Assembly (NCBI GenBank): GCA_002269645.1
Contig: NIVC01000955.1
Location: 1 to 64,000 of the forward strand
Direction of reading: 5' to 3'
DNA: 64,000 bases
DNA from: Macrostomum lignano
Taxonomy: Eukaryota
Shown here: one piece after another, positions 34,354 through 48,052 of the stretch
Layout of the letters: every line of letters begins with the position of its first letter
How positions within the stretch are numbered: the first letter of the stretch is position 1
Made by a program: the position numbers and the translations under genes
The notes under the pieces: generated by a model
Seen by the model: the letters and a program-made list of their open reading frames with translations, nothing else
Told to the model about the DNA's origin: nothing
Databases searched by the model: none

Positions 34354-34380
34354 GTCTATCTATCTATCTGTCTATCAAAG

Positions 34381-34441
<61 letters not shown>

Positions 34442-34446
34442 GTCTG

Positions 34447-34477
<31 letters not shown>

Positions 34478-34544
34478 GTCTATCTATCCATCTATCTATC
34501 TGTCTATCTATCTATCTATTTATCTATCTATCTATCTGTCAGTC

Positions 34545-34601
<57 letters not shown>

Positions 34602-34618
34602 GTCTATCTATCTATCTG

Positions 34619-34653
<35 letters not shown>

Positions 34654-34680
34654 GTCTATCTATCTATCTGTCTAACAAAG

Positions 34681-34745
<65 letters not shown>

Positions 34746-34746
34746 G

Positions 34747-34793
<47 letters not shown>

Positions 34794-34804
34794 GTCTAAC
34801 AAAG

Positions 34805-34861
<57 letters not shown>

Positions 34862-34970
34862 GTCTATCTATCTATCTATCTGTCTATCTATCCATCTATC
34901 TATCTGTCTATCTATCTATCTATTTATCTATCTATCTATCTGTCAGTCTATCTATCTATCTATCTATGAA

Positions 34971-35035
<65 letters not shown>

Positions 35036-35036
35036 G

Positions 35037-35103
<67 letters not shown>

Positions 35104-35130
35104 GTCTATCTATCTATCTGTCTAACAAAG

Positions 35131-35183
<53 letters not shown>

Positions 35184-35194
35184 GTCTAACAAAG

Positions 35195-35245
<51 letters not shown>

Positions 35246-35376
35246 TTATCTATCTATCTATCTGTCTATCTATCTATCTATCTGTCTATCTATCCATCTA
35301 TCTATCTGTCTATCTATCTATCTATTTATCTATCTATCTATCTGTCAGTCTATCTATCTATTTATCTATCTATGAA

Positions 35377-35433
<57 letters not shown>

Positions 35434-35434
35434 G

Positions 35435-35489
<55 letters not shown>

Positions 35490-35516
35490 GTCTATCTATC
35501 TATCTGTCTAACAAAG

Positions 35517-35562
<46 letters not shown>

Positions 35563-35680
35563 ACTATCTATCTATCTGTCTGTCTGTCCATCTATCTATC
35601 TGTCTATCTATCCATCTATCTATCTGTCTATCTATCCATCTATCTATCTGTCTATCTATCTATCTATCTATCTATCTATT

Positions 35681-35759
<79 letters not shown>

Positions 35760-36247
35760 GAATATCTATCTATATTCATGCATATACACTTGCGCCAGGT
35801 TGTGGCCTATTTTGTTCATTCCGCTGCCTCCTGAACACATACAAGTTAGAATAGTGTACGCAGGCACGCACTCATACACACGCTCACACACAGGTCACAG
35901 CCTGAGCTGCTCTGCTCCACATCATGCAGTATCTTCTAATCACGAGTGTCTTCACTCTTTCCAAACGATAGAATCTATAATCTACTTAAAAAAATTCACC
36001 AACAGCAGCTCACATTGTCATGATCGATATGCCTCAGAATCTTAATCTCCCTGTACGTTCGTTTAGCATCGTCAGCAGTTTTGAATGCCCGCCTCAGCCG
36101 TTTAATGGCAACCCGCTGGCCGGACTGCGTGTCCAGCGCCACACACACGCTGCCGTAGGTGCCCTTGTCCAGTTGCTGCAGATTCTGATAGCGAACTGGC
36201 ACAGTCCATGAGACACCATTGCCAAGTTCAACTGTGTAGAATTCGGC
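32552..36247 (-). CDS. Host p38 MAP kinase-like gene. Exons 36247-36014, 34190-33991, 33161-32552; the start-codon exon was not located
   Basis: FYTVEL...VPVRYQNL...VAIKRL...[28 protein letters not shown]|[23 protein letters not shown] (TGY motif), [12 protein letters not shown] junctions are phase-consistent. Confidence 0.92.
33394..33458. repeat. (CA)n microsatellite
   Basis: About 32 units. Confidence 0.95.
33522..33607. repeat. 25-bp tandem repeat
   Basis: ggcgccaaaatgagtgcctgtctgc, 3+ copies. Confidence 0.85.
34249..35760. repeat. (TATC)n microsatellite of about 1.5 kb in a p38 intron
   Basis: Direct reading; interrupted by TGTC and aacaaag variants. Confidence 0.97.
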
Positions 36248-37227
36248 CTGAAAGTTTTTATAATATACTTATTAAAGGGGTCGTATTTAAAGTTATTAAC
36301 TGATTTTACAAATTTCGTGACACTAGTTTAAGTGAATTAAAAAGTTACTTTTGGACCAGGAATGGAATATAGCATTCGACTTATAGACAAAGGGGTCTTT
36401 TTACCATAGACAGTTGTTTGACTTTTCCCATGGCTTTGCATAGTCATGCATGTCAACTGAGTGTATTAGAATTTGCATGTTATAATGCATATAGAAAATT
36501 TGCATATTTAAATATAGCAAAAATGTCTGATGTTAAAATATATATGGGTATATGGCAAAGTAAGATCTAACCAAACCTAAGAATATGCCACGGCTCTAGT
36601 GTAAATGAGAATATTGACTATCTTGCTAGATACCTATTGTCTATCTAGCTTGAGGGTTTACAGTGACTATATAAATAAAACTGTTTTTAGCAATCAGATC
36701 TTATTTCTTTTTTGGTCTATACTATTTTATATAGCTTCAATTCTTAGCCACCTTGTTACTAGACATTAAGCCCTTAGTCATCCATTGCACTTTGAGGCAC
36801 TTCTAATTTGCTTAGGCCTAGTTTATTTTTTATTCCTATGCCCAATTGCAATAGCCTTACTAGTTATTAGTATAACAATTGCAGCAAACTTATCTAAGCT
36901 TTGTTGCTAACAAATGTGGTTTAAATAGGATTTTTTGTCTTAGTCTTGACTCTGCAACTTTAATCCCAAGGATCCTAATATTTTATCAAAAGATAGACCT
37001 AGTAGAATTTGGCTAAGGCTTCATTGAAATGTCAAGTACAATGAGCTATAAGTGTCTTTTGATAGGAGTAGGACCACAGGATTAGGCTAAAAACTAGCAA
37101 TCTTCGCCCCCCGATGGGGGACATCTGGATAGAATCTCTGTTTTCTAAAGTAACAAAAAGACAGCCAAAAATCCTTCAAAAAGACAACAGACAAACTGCT
37201 CAAATGAAGTGCATTGCAAAAAGAAAT

Positions 37228-37660
37228 CATCCCAAGACTGCAAGCATCCCCCAGATAGCAAGCATCCCCTAGATAGCAAGCATCCCCAAGATGGCAAGCA
37301 TCCCCCAGATAGCAAGCATCCCCCAGATTGCAAGCATCCCCCAGATAGCAAGCATCCCCAAGATAGCAAGCATCCCTCAGATAGCAAGCATCCCCCAGAT
37401 AGCAAGCATCCCCCAGATAGCAAGCATCCCCCAGATAGCAAGCATCCCCCAGAAAGCAAGCATCCCCCAGATAGCAAGCATCCCCCAGATAGCAAGCATC
37501 CCCCAGATAGCAAGCATCCCCCAGATAGCAAGCATCCCCCAGATAGCAAGCATCCCCCAGATAGCAAGCATCCCCCAGATAGCAAGCATCCCCCAGATAG
37601 CAAGCATCCCCCAGATAGCAAGCATCCCCAAGATAGATAGCATCCCCAAATAGCAAGCAT
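37228..37660. repeat. 18-bp minisatellite
   Basis: gcaagcatcccccagata. Confidence 0.93.
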
Positions 37661-37789
37661 CCACCAGACAATAAGTAGCTAGTGCGACAATTTCCTTAGC
37701 ATTATAGCGGCTCCTTTAAAATTCGCTTACTTTTACGTTTGAAATTGTGTATCTTTTTATGTTTAACAGGGTGGCTCTTTTATGTTCTA

Positions 37790-40395
37790 CGCTCGTACAT
37801 GGTAACTCTTTTATGTTTGATACGGTGGCTTTTCAATGTCTGACATAGTGGCTCTTCTATGTTTGACATGGGGGCTCTTCTATGTTTGACATGGGGGCTC
37901 TTCTATGTTTGACATGGGGGCTCTTCTATGTTTGACATGGGGGCTCTTCTATGTTTTACAAAGTGGCTTTTTAATGTTCAAAAAGGTGGCTCTTTTATGT
38001 TTGACATGGTGGCTCTTTAATGTTTGACATGGTGGCTCTTTAATGTTTGACATGGTGGCTCTTTAATGTTAGACAAAGTAGCTCTTTAATGTTTGACATG
38101 GTGGCTCTTTAATGTTAGACAAAGTAGCTCTTTAATGTTTGACATGATGGCTCTTTAATGATAGACATGGTGGCTCTTTAATTTTTGACATGGTGGCTCT
38201 TTAATGTTGGACATGGTGGCTCTTTAATGTTAGACATGGTGGCTCTTTAATGTTCGACATAAAGTCACTTATATGTTTGACATGATGGCTCTTTTATGTT
38301 TAACATGGTGGCTCTTTAATGTTTGACATGGTAGCTCTTTTATGTTCGACATGGTGGCTCTTTAATGTTCGACATGGTGGCTCTTTTATGTTCGACATGG
38401 TGTCGCTTCAATGTTTGACATGGAGTTACGTATATGTTTTACATGGTGGCTCTTTTATGTTCGACGTGGTGGCTCTTTAATGTTTGACATGGGGTCTCTT
38501 CAATGTTTGACATGGAGTTACGTATATGTTTGACATGGTGGCTCTTTAATGTTTTACATGGTGGCACTTTCATGTTTGACCTGGTGGCTCTTAAATGTTT
38601 GACATGGTGGCTCTGTAATGTTTGACATGGTGTCTCTTTAACGTTTGACATAGAGTCATGTATATGTTTGACATGGTGGCTCTTAAATGTTTGACATGGT
38701 GGCTCTTTAATATTTGACATGGTGGCCCTTTTATGTTCGACATGGTGGCTCTTTAATGTTTGACATGGAGTCATATATATGTTTGACCTGGTGGCTCTTG
38801 TATTTTTAACACGTTGGCTCTTTAATGTTCGACATGGTGGCTCTTAAATGTCTAACATGGAGTCACGTATATGTTTGACATGGAGTCATGTATATGTCTG
38901 GTATGGTAGCTCTTTAATGTTTTACATGGAGTCACCTATATGTTTCACATGGTGGCTATTTTATGTTTGACATGGTGCTTCTTAAATGTTCGACATGGTG
39001 GCTCTTTAATGTTTTACATGGTGGCACTTTCATGTTTGACCTGGTGGCTCTTTAATGTTTGACATGGTGGCTCTTTAATATTTGACATGGTGGCCCTTTT
39101 ATGTTCGACATGGTGGCTCTTTAATGTTTGACATGGAGTCATGTATATGTTTGACCTGGTGGCTCTTTAATGTTTGACATGGTGGCTCTTTAATGTTTTA
39201 CATGGTGGCACTTTCATGTTTGACCTGGTGGCTCTTTAATGTTTGACATGGTGGCTCTTTAATATTTGACATGGTGGCCCTTTTATGTTCGACATGGTGG
39301 CTCTTTAATGTTTGACATGGAGTCATGTATATGTTTGACCTGGTGGCACTTTCATGTTTGACCTGGTGGCTCTTTAATGTTTGACATGGTGGCTTTTTAA
39401 TATTTGACATGGTGGCACTTTCATGTTTGACCTGGTGGGTCTTTAATGTTTGACATGGTACCTCTTTTATGTTCGACATGGTGGCTCTTTAATGTTTTAC
39501 ATGGTGGCTCTTTAATGTTTGACATGGTGGCTCTTTAATGTTTGATAAGGTGGCTCTTTAATGTTTGACATTGTGGCTCTTTAATATTTGACAAGGTGGC
39601 TCTTTAATGTTTAAAATGGTGGCTCTTTAATTTTCGAAATGGTGGCTCTTTAATGTTTGACATGGTGGCTCTTTAATGTTCGACATGGTGGCTCTTTAAT
39701 GTTCTTAATGGTGTCTGTTTTATGTTTGACATGGTGGCTCTTTAATGTTTGACATGGTGGCTTTTTAATATTTGACATGGTGGCACTTTCATGTTTGACC
39801 TGGTGGGTCTTTAATGTTTGACATGGTACCTCTTTTATGTTCGACATGGTGGCTCTTTAATGTTTTACATGGTGGCTCTTTAATGTTTGACATGGTGGCT
39901 CTTTAATGTTTGATAAGGTGGCTCTTTAATGTTTGACATTGTGGCTCTTTAATATTTGACAAGGTGGCTCTTTAATGTTTAAAATGGTGGCTCTTTAATT
40001 TTCGAAATGGTGGCTGTTTTATGTTTGACATGGTGGCTCTTTAATGTTCGACATGGTGGCTCTTTAATGTTCTTAATGGTGTCTGTTTTATGTTTGACAT
40101 GGTGGCTCTTTAATGTTTGACATGGTGGCTTTTTAATATTTGACATGGTGGCACTTTCATGTTTGACCTGGTGGGTCTTTAATGTTTGACATGGTACCTC
40201 TTTTATGTTCGACATGGTGGCTCTTTAATGTTTTACATGGTGGCTCTTTTAGGTTTGAAATGGTAACTCTTGTATGTTTGATATGGTGGCTCTTTTATGT
40301 TCGACATGGTGGCTCTTTAATGTTTGACATTGTGGCTCTTTAATGTTTGAAATGGTGGCTCTTTAATGTTTCGACATGGTGGCTCTTTAATGTTG
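37790..40395. repeat. 23-bp minisatellite of about 2.6 kb with higher-order blocks
   Basis: Unit atgtttgacatggtggctcttta. A block near 39650 recurs 329 bp later. Confidence 0.93.
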
Positions 40396-42912
40396 AGAAT
40401 TTTGTGTTTTTTAACGTGTTTTAATAAAAAAAACATTTTTCACCACTAAGATTCGAACCAAGGTCGCTACATTAGCATTCCAGTCTGTTTGCATCCGGCT
40501 ATCTCTTTTCAATTGGAGAACATGACTTGTGGCCCTTATAATTCAATACTTATAGCAAGTCAGTAAGAGTAAAAAGTTATGACATAATCAATTTCTCAGT
40601 CAGCCAGTATCAGTCTCAATTCAAGTTAGCAATATGGTTACGCAATTTCAATGAAGTCTTGTGTGCGTTTCTGTGGCACTGTTTTCACCTTGTTGTGATG
40701 CAATCTTTATCACAATCGTAATTCAGCCAGTCAGTTTTTTCTCTAGCATTCTTACAATGCATTTCAAGTCAAAAATTTGGCTTGACCTTTGCAAAAAAGC
40801 ATGTTTTTCGAATATTTAATCCCTTTAACATTGAGCAATTTCTTAGCCAAGATACATGTACCGTCCCAGGAACATTTCTGATCGAATGGTGCAAGTTTGA
40901 AGAAAATCGGTTGAGCCATTTTTTCTGAAATCTATCGCATAGCTAGTTAGTTACAGACATTTCATTTTTAGTATATAGGATTAGCTAAATTTCTCTAGTA
41001 GTCAATCAAGTATCTATTCTAGATTCTAATATTTTTGTATGTCTCAGGCCTATCTGTTGCTGAGATTTGCATGCAAATTATGTCAACTTATTAAATATAA
41101 ATTAAGAATCAACCTAGAAGTATCAATATCCAATGTAATTATTAGGCACTATAATTAATTGAAATAATTTAAGTTAAAGTCTATTATTATCTGATCTGTT
41201 AGCACCAATTTTCAAGTCATTATTAATCTGGAACCATGTTCAATTGTTACTTAGACTATAATTAGGCTATTAGATAAAGTTTGATAGGACTCACTAACAA
41301 GTGATAAGCAAATAGGATAGAGATCATAGCTTTAAAATCTCTGAAATACTTTACTAGTTTTTCTAGGGCCTAAACTATTTGCAATATATCTTCTTACAAA
41401 AATATCCTACAAATATTTTGATTTGTCAAAGAATTAAAAGAATAATGAACTTATTACTTAGGACTTTGGCCTTTAAATAAGTAGATCTAGTGATTTGACA
41501 TGACAGAAGGCATGCATTAGGCCTATCTATGTGGTACTGACAACTGATAGGCCTATGCCTATTCTGGCACATGCCACACTAGCTTTTTCAAATGCTGCAA
41601 TCATATTAATTTTGCACGGTACCATGTAAATAGCTCGTACTATCATTATTTGCATGGTAACTAAAATAAATACTAGTTTTATATATTGTATATTACTTAT
41701 AGCTATGGTCCAATTACATTTGGTCACAAATCCATTCTTTTGAAGGTGAATTAGTTGCATTATTGTTTGTTTCTTCTGAAACACTATTTGTACTTTGTAT
41801 TATTAATAGTACAAGCTAACTAATAAAAAATGCTAAGCTATAAACACAAACACATAAATCAAGCCTAAACTCCATTTACTGGCTTTAGTAAGTTTAAAGT
41901 CTATTTTTAAAATAAAAGATACTGGGACGAATATTGAGAAGTCCTTGTCCCTGATACTGATAAGTGATAACATAACTATTTATAAGGTATTTATCTTAGT
42001 TACAGTGTAAATAACACCAGCAATATTTACATGGTACCGTGCAAACAACGACTGCCTAAATATAGAATGCCAATTCAATCATAATGCAAGAAATTTGTAA
42101 CTGGTAATTGCCAATATTTGCCAAGGCCCACCTACCCTGCTGCTGGTTAATTTTGTAGCCACATGCAGTTTGGATCATGGAGTTTGAATGCTAAACAGAC
42201 TATAGTCAATCTGGAGACAAATAACCAACTGCAGCCTGACAAAGAAAAGGTAAAGTGTCAAAAGTTACCTAGATTTTTGCAAAAAATGCTACCTGAAAAT
42301 TTTTGCTAAAATATGCTGTGAAACTTGATAAAAACTGCAGTCTCTGTTAAAAAAGCTAATAAATAAAAATGTACTAGTAAAATTCAATCTTAATTTTTAT
42401 TTCTGGCTGAACCAGTAAAAAGCAAGGTAAGACTTTACCCAAAAAACTTACCTGTAATTACCAGGTCCTTACCTGTAATTACCCAAACAAATAATGTTGC
42501 AATATTGTTTATTTGTTTATGCTCTTTAGGCATCTATCCATAAGTAAGCAGTAAAAGTTGGCAATAAGAAGTCGAAGTACTCCCACTTTTGTTTAAATTT
42601 ATTGTGGTTTTTGAAAACTAGCGCCGAATTAAATGTTCAAAGACCTTCAGGACCTCCAGAAGAATTTTAGCGCCTAAATGCAATCATAAAAATGGACTCT
42701 TTCCCTAGTGTTCTTTTCTGTCTGTCTCAATGACTCTATGCTTGTACTAGCTAGAGATATACAAAATAAATATTATGCATTTGACTGTATTGTATTATAT
42801 TATCTAGGTTTAGAACTTACACCAAGCATACTCCTTTGCCTGGTGAAACCAATAAGTATATTTGTTTGGTTTGAAAACATGCTTGGGCTTAACCTTGGGA
42901 TTCACTTGGCCA

Positions 42913-43016
42913 TTTCTATTGGCAACACACACATGTAAGTCGCTATTGGATGGAAAAGTAGTCACGTGACTGGTATCAGCCAATAGCGACTTACATGTGT
43001 GTGTTGCCAATAGAAA
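42913..43016. repeat. Perfect 37-bp inverted repeat around a 30-nt spacer (probable MITE core)
   Basis: tttctattggcaacacacacatgtaagtcgctattgg (42913-42949) and its exact reverse complement (42980-43016). Confidence 0.9.
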
Positions 43017-43684
43017 CAGCTGGGTGATTCCCAAAGTTGCGCATGCATGTTTGAAAATTAAGGTACATAGATAAAGGTTTATTACCTCATTTAATAGCTT
43101 CTTGCATCTCTCATTACTATAAACAACAAAACTATTTGCAATGGTACCTTGGTTACCTAACATAACTATTTTGTTAAGAAAGTCTATGCAGTATTCTTAG
43201 TACCTCTGAATCAATAAGTTTTAAGCATTTTTAGCTAGGATCAATCTAAGTACTTACAGTACTGGGAGGAATATTTTTTATCTATATTTACTCATAAATT
43301 ATTTGTTCCTACCTGTTTGAAAGATTTAACATTCAATTAACCCTTTGATATATGAGCTAAGCATACAAGAAACTAATCTAAAATAGGAAAAGTTAATTGC
43401 ACATTGCAATTCTAGATATATAATATTTTCCATTGTTACCAGTTTAATTTTGTTCTTTTCTAGCTTCTAACTTTAACTTGAACTCCAACTGTAACTTCTA
43501 ATAAGGATAATAATAAGTTATAACATTAAACTATTTATCATTTAGCCTTATTCAAATAAATGAAAATATTAGAATCCCAATTCTTTACATAGTTTAAAAA
43601 GCAACATTAAATTTTATGCTTGTAAAACTTTGGTTGCACAAACCTTTATTAATTTTGAAATAGCATTTAGTTAACTTTTAAATA

Positions 43685-44035
43685 ATTTTCTGTTTTCATG
43701 TTCCCACTTGACTGATGGTTCTGGGGGTCTGCTAACTCTATCTTGCTATCAAAAGTCACATCTAGTAGGCCTTTTTATAGAATTTTCCTTCTACAAACAG
43801 CATCTAACATGCATCCCCATCTCTTCCTTCCTTCTTTTGGATCTCAACAAAAACTTGATAACTTTCTGTTTTCATGTTCCCACTTAACTGATGGTTCTGG
43901 GTGTCTGCCAACTCTATCCTGCCATCCCAAAGTCACATCTAATAGGCCGTTTTATAGAATTTTCCTTCTACCAATAGCATCCAACACGCATCTTATCTCT
44001 CCCTTCCTTCTTTTGAATCTCAACATAAAAATGTT
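43685..44035. repeat. Diverged tandem duplication of about 178 bp
   Basis: Two copies beginning ttttctgttttcatgttcccactt(g/a)actgatggttctggg. Confidence 0.8.
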
Positions 44036-45978
44036 GACACAACATTTATGAAAGCTTGTTATCTTATATCGCTATTCAAAATCCAAGGCTTTCAAAGTTC
44101 AACAGAGAAAGCCCTCTTTTTTTGGCCCTGGACTTCTTCGTTCGAAATTGGTGGACTCAGGCGCATTTGTTACTTTCTTTTCACGTATCAAAGAGTTGCT
44201 TTGTCCAAATCCAGAGACAGATAGACTAGTCTTTGTTTTAGACGAGTGCTGTTCAATCAATTATTCTCTATGCACCATTTTTGCCAACCACTATTTTCAC
44301 TTTCTTGGTAGAGAACATCTTATGTTTAACTTTGAAGAACAGGCACACAAAGCCAGTTTGAATTTGTCAATTTCCGCAGAGCAAACATAGACTGCAATGT
44401 CAGCCATGCGACGGGATGTGTTTGGACAACTGGGTCTTTTAAGCCAGGCAGACTCGGAAAGTTTTGATGCAATATTGTTGGAGATAAGCAAAAACTGGTC
44501 TGAACATGGAACGTTTGGTAAAATGATAGCGCACTGCATTCAGGTGCGTATTACCGGTTGAATAGTGAGCCTCTTCACGGCAATCAATTCCAGAACCAGA
44601 ATTGGTTCAGATTTCCAAGAAAAAAAGCAGTATAACTATTCAACTTTGTTGAATGTTTGACTGCCTTAACAGCCTCACTTTGCATAATTTTTCACTTTCT
44701 TTTTGGCTATTGCCATTCAATAATCACAATTTTAAAGCACTAATATCCCTTTAGTTTAGGAGACAAAAAGTTTTACTTTACAAATTGGTTCTGGTTCTAG
44801 AACCAGAACAAGCAATATGAAGAGCCTCAGTTTCAAGTAGCCTTAACCCTGTAAATGGTTAAGAATGTAAATTTTGTTATATACTATCTACAATTTTGGA
44901 TACACTAGATGCTGAAATTGGCATGACTGAATTTTGCACCACTGCATTACTGTGATTTAATTTTGCGCTACCTGTATTTAAAGCTAACAGCCTGACACAT
45001 TTTGTGCGACTTGATTTCAAGCTACTGGATTGCGAACAACTTGGATTTTCTCGTGGCTTTATACCAAGTGCTTGTGTGCCTGTGGATGCACAATATACAG
45101 AAAGTTACAATATCAGGGTCTAAGTTGTAATCCAGTATTTAGTTGCATGAAATATTGTTGCTTAAGGCATTCACTTTAATGCAGGTCACGCATAATTTTG
45201 TCTCGAGATATCCAGTCGGCGTGGAACCTGTTGCGTAGTGGCTTTATTAAAGGATTTGTTAATCTCTACTTTCCCTGTTCCGTAGTAGTAAAAAGGCATC
45301 TAAAAATTGAATATTGTCATGACCACATTGACAATATACTTTAAATTGAAAGGTATACATGTAAGGGTGCTGGCACTGTCTATCCATGTTTCAATGATGC
45401 AGAATTTTTTATTATAAACATTTTCCCTTCACAGAATTCAGTATATTATGTCTTCCTAACATCCTGCAGGACAAGGCTGAAAAATTAAAGCAGAAGGCTA
45501 GCAACTTCAAACTGGCCCTCGCCAGTATTGATTCATCAAGGCAACAATCTCAGGAGACTTAATTGGGAAATCAAGGCATTCTGAACTTGTCAACATCATT
45601 GCCTACTGAGCAACACTCTGGTGGAATTCAAATCTCGTGTTCAGTTTGAGCTTAAGGCTGAGGAAGATGCCCTTCATGGAGTCGGCAACTACCATCTGCA
45701 ATGAGGTTGGAGCTTGCACCTTGTTGCTAATGAAGATTAGCTACATTTTTCTCCTGAGGAGAGAGCCAGTTGATTAAAACTATTTCTTGAACAACATAAG
45801 TAGTCTTTAAATGAAAATTTGCAGACACTTTAAAAATGCGTTCATTCATTATGGAGAATAGAAGCGGAACAGTTAAATTTACAGAATGAGACAAATGATG
45901 TTTACTGGTACCCTTGTAGCTTAATTTTTTTAGTTCTGGTTTACTGTAGTTAAGCGAACATGACATGAACAATGAATA

Positions 45979-46941
45979 CGAGGGTCATCCCAAAAGTTTC
46001 AGCAAACGCCTATTAATTTTCAACAAACGAGTGTCAGAACAATGAACATGTCAAAAACCTTCAAAATAACTTCCGTTGACTTGAATTGTGCGCTCCCAGC
46101 GGCCAGGCAACTTCTGAACGCCGTCAGCAGCGCCGGATTTGCACAGGTCTTTTGCAATGCGGCCGACCTCGCTGAACAGGTCATCCAGGCAATGGAAACG
46201 ACACCCTCGGAGCTGGTTCTTAAGCTTCGGAAAAAGGTCGAAATCGCAGGGACTGAGGTCTGGGGAGTAAGGAGGATGAGGCAGCACCTCCCACTAGTAG
46301 TCCCGCAGTAGGTCCTGCACAATGCGAGCTGTGTGCAAACTGGCATTGTCGTGCAGAAGGAGTGGACCAAGTTCCAGGGTCTGCGGCTGCTTTTTGTGCA
46401 AGGCAGGTCGAAGATGGTGAATAATGAAGCTTGACGAGGGGATTCCGGACAGCTCAGCCATTTATTTGCATGTCCAATGGCGATCGATGTTCAGCAGCCC
46501 TTGGATCAAACTCGATGTTTGACTCTGTGTGAGCTTCTTTTGGCCTTCCTCGTCCTCGACATCATCCTCGACATCAGAGCGGCCATTCTTGAATCGACTG
46601 TACCAGTCGTTCACAGCTCGCTGGCTCATAGCATTTGGCCCATGGGCTTGCAGCAACTGACAGTGAATTTGAGCTGCAGGGACACCACGAAGACATTCCA
46701 TTTTAATGTATGAGCGCTGCTCCAAGTTCGACGGAAATTCCATTTTATCGTTGTTGGCCGATGTTTGATTTAGTATCTCACAAAATGTTCTTTAGAAAAC
46801 AGAATTTTGCAGCTAGAATGTTAAAAACTTACTCAGACACCCAAAATATGCTCATCTTTTGTGTGGTATAAGTGTTATAGTCCTAAAAGTTGTCTATGGC
46901 ACAAAATCATTCGATTGCTGAAACTTTTGGGATGACCCTTG
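45979..46941 (-). mobile_element. Internally deleted mariner (Tc1/mariner, DD34D-type) element
   Basis: 27-bp TIRs cgagggtcatcccaaaagtttcagcaa / ttgctgaaacttttgggatgacccttg, flanked by TA. Transposase N-terminus (EQRSYIK...WYSRFKNGRSDVEDD) and C-terminus (HPPYSPDLSPCDFDLFPKLK). 963 bp, with the middle missing or frameshifted. Confidence 0.93.
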
Positions 46942-47850
46942 TAAAGGCTTATAGTTTCAACAGTTTATTCCTATTTTGAACTCACCATACTAGTGGTCTA
47001 GACAAGGGCAGTATCCAGATTTTTTGATGGGAGATGTTTTTATTAGATGGTCACTGAGTCCAATTCTACACCTGCCCTTAAAGCGTGCCTATTTCTCAGT
47101 CTCATCTTGCTGATGCTACCTGCTCTTAAAGTGTGCCTATTTCTCAGTCTCATCTTGCAGATGCTACCTGCTCTTAAAGCGTGCCTGTTTCTCTGCCTTT
47201 AGACTTTAGTCAAAGATTTCAACATTACAATCATTTGCTTGTGTGACGACGTATTTGCAATTATCTTGTACTCATATGATATATACGACAGACTACACTG
47301 ATCAATTGTTTATCATGTGTAAAAAAATAGTCAGATTCCTATAATAAGTTAGTGATTATTTTTATATGCTACCTGAAGTTTTCTAGTACCCAAATGCCAA
47401 TGCCAAAAAAATCATATAGTTGGGTACAGTTCCATTTTGATTTAAGACAATTCGTTGTTTCAACTACCATCTCTAAGACCTATGACATCTAGGTTTTGCA
47501 AATTGTTACCTTGAAAGAAGGTTTTGTGTTTGCATTTTACAAATCAGTTGACCATTCAAACAGAAGTTTTTGCGCAGCTGTTTATTTCTTCCAACCTTTA
47601 AAACATTTTTTTATTTAACGTAGTGCATAAAATGTCATTCCGTCTTACTGTTGTAAAGGAAGCAAAAAAGTCGGTTGTTTTATTTTTATGGCAGCTTATT
47701 AGCCAATTTTAAGTAGAAAGGTACGTTACAGCAAAGCTTTGCTTTCCCAACTTATGTCCACTCATAATTTGAGTATTGTAGGAGTCTACTGGAAGTCTGG
47801 CCTATTGATTTTTTGTTTTTGTTTTTTGTTTTGTGATGAATTTCTTTTTA

Positions 47851-48052
47851 TGAGGGATGTCCAAAAAGTAGTCATATCTTTGACCACAGACAAATCTGAA
47901 ATGGCTATAGACATAGAAATTGAAAACCCATTTTTTGCTTGCCAGTGTACTCGTATATCCATTTAAGTTGCCATTTTAGTTGCGTGGTAACAGTTTGGGT
48001 ATCCTAAAGAATAATCAGGTTTACTCAGTGATTACTTTTTGGACACCCCTCA
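47851..48052. mobile_element. Tc1/mariner-type MITE
   Basis: 24-bp TIRs tgagggatgtccaaaaagtagtca / tgattactttttggacacccctca (2 mismatches), flanked by TA. Confidence 0.8.

Noticed and set aside
34138-35563. 457-aa IYLS-repeat ORF and similar ORFs at 37087-37671, 38439-40215, 49082-50501, 59169-59756 and 62731-63030
   Set aside because: Translations of micro- or minisatellites and low-complexity DNA.
44148-45720. Degraded transposase or host exons in moderately GC-rich patches (also 55330-55760)
   Set aside because: Stops in all frames and no motif I could recognise. Probably old transposon debris, but not assignable.
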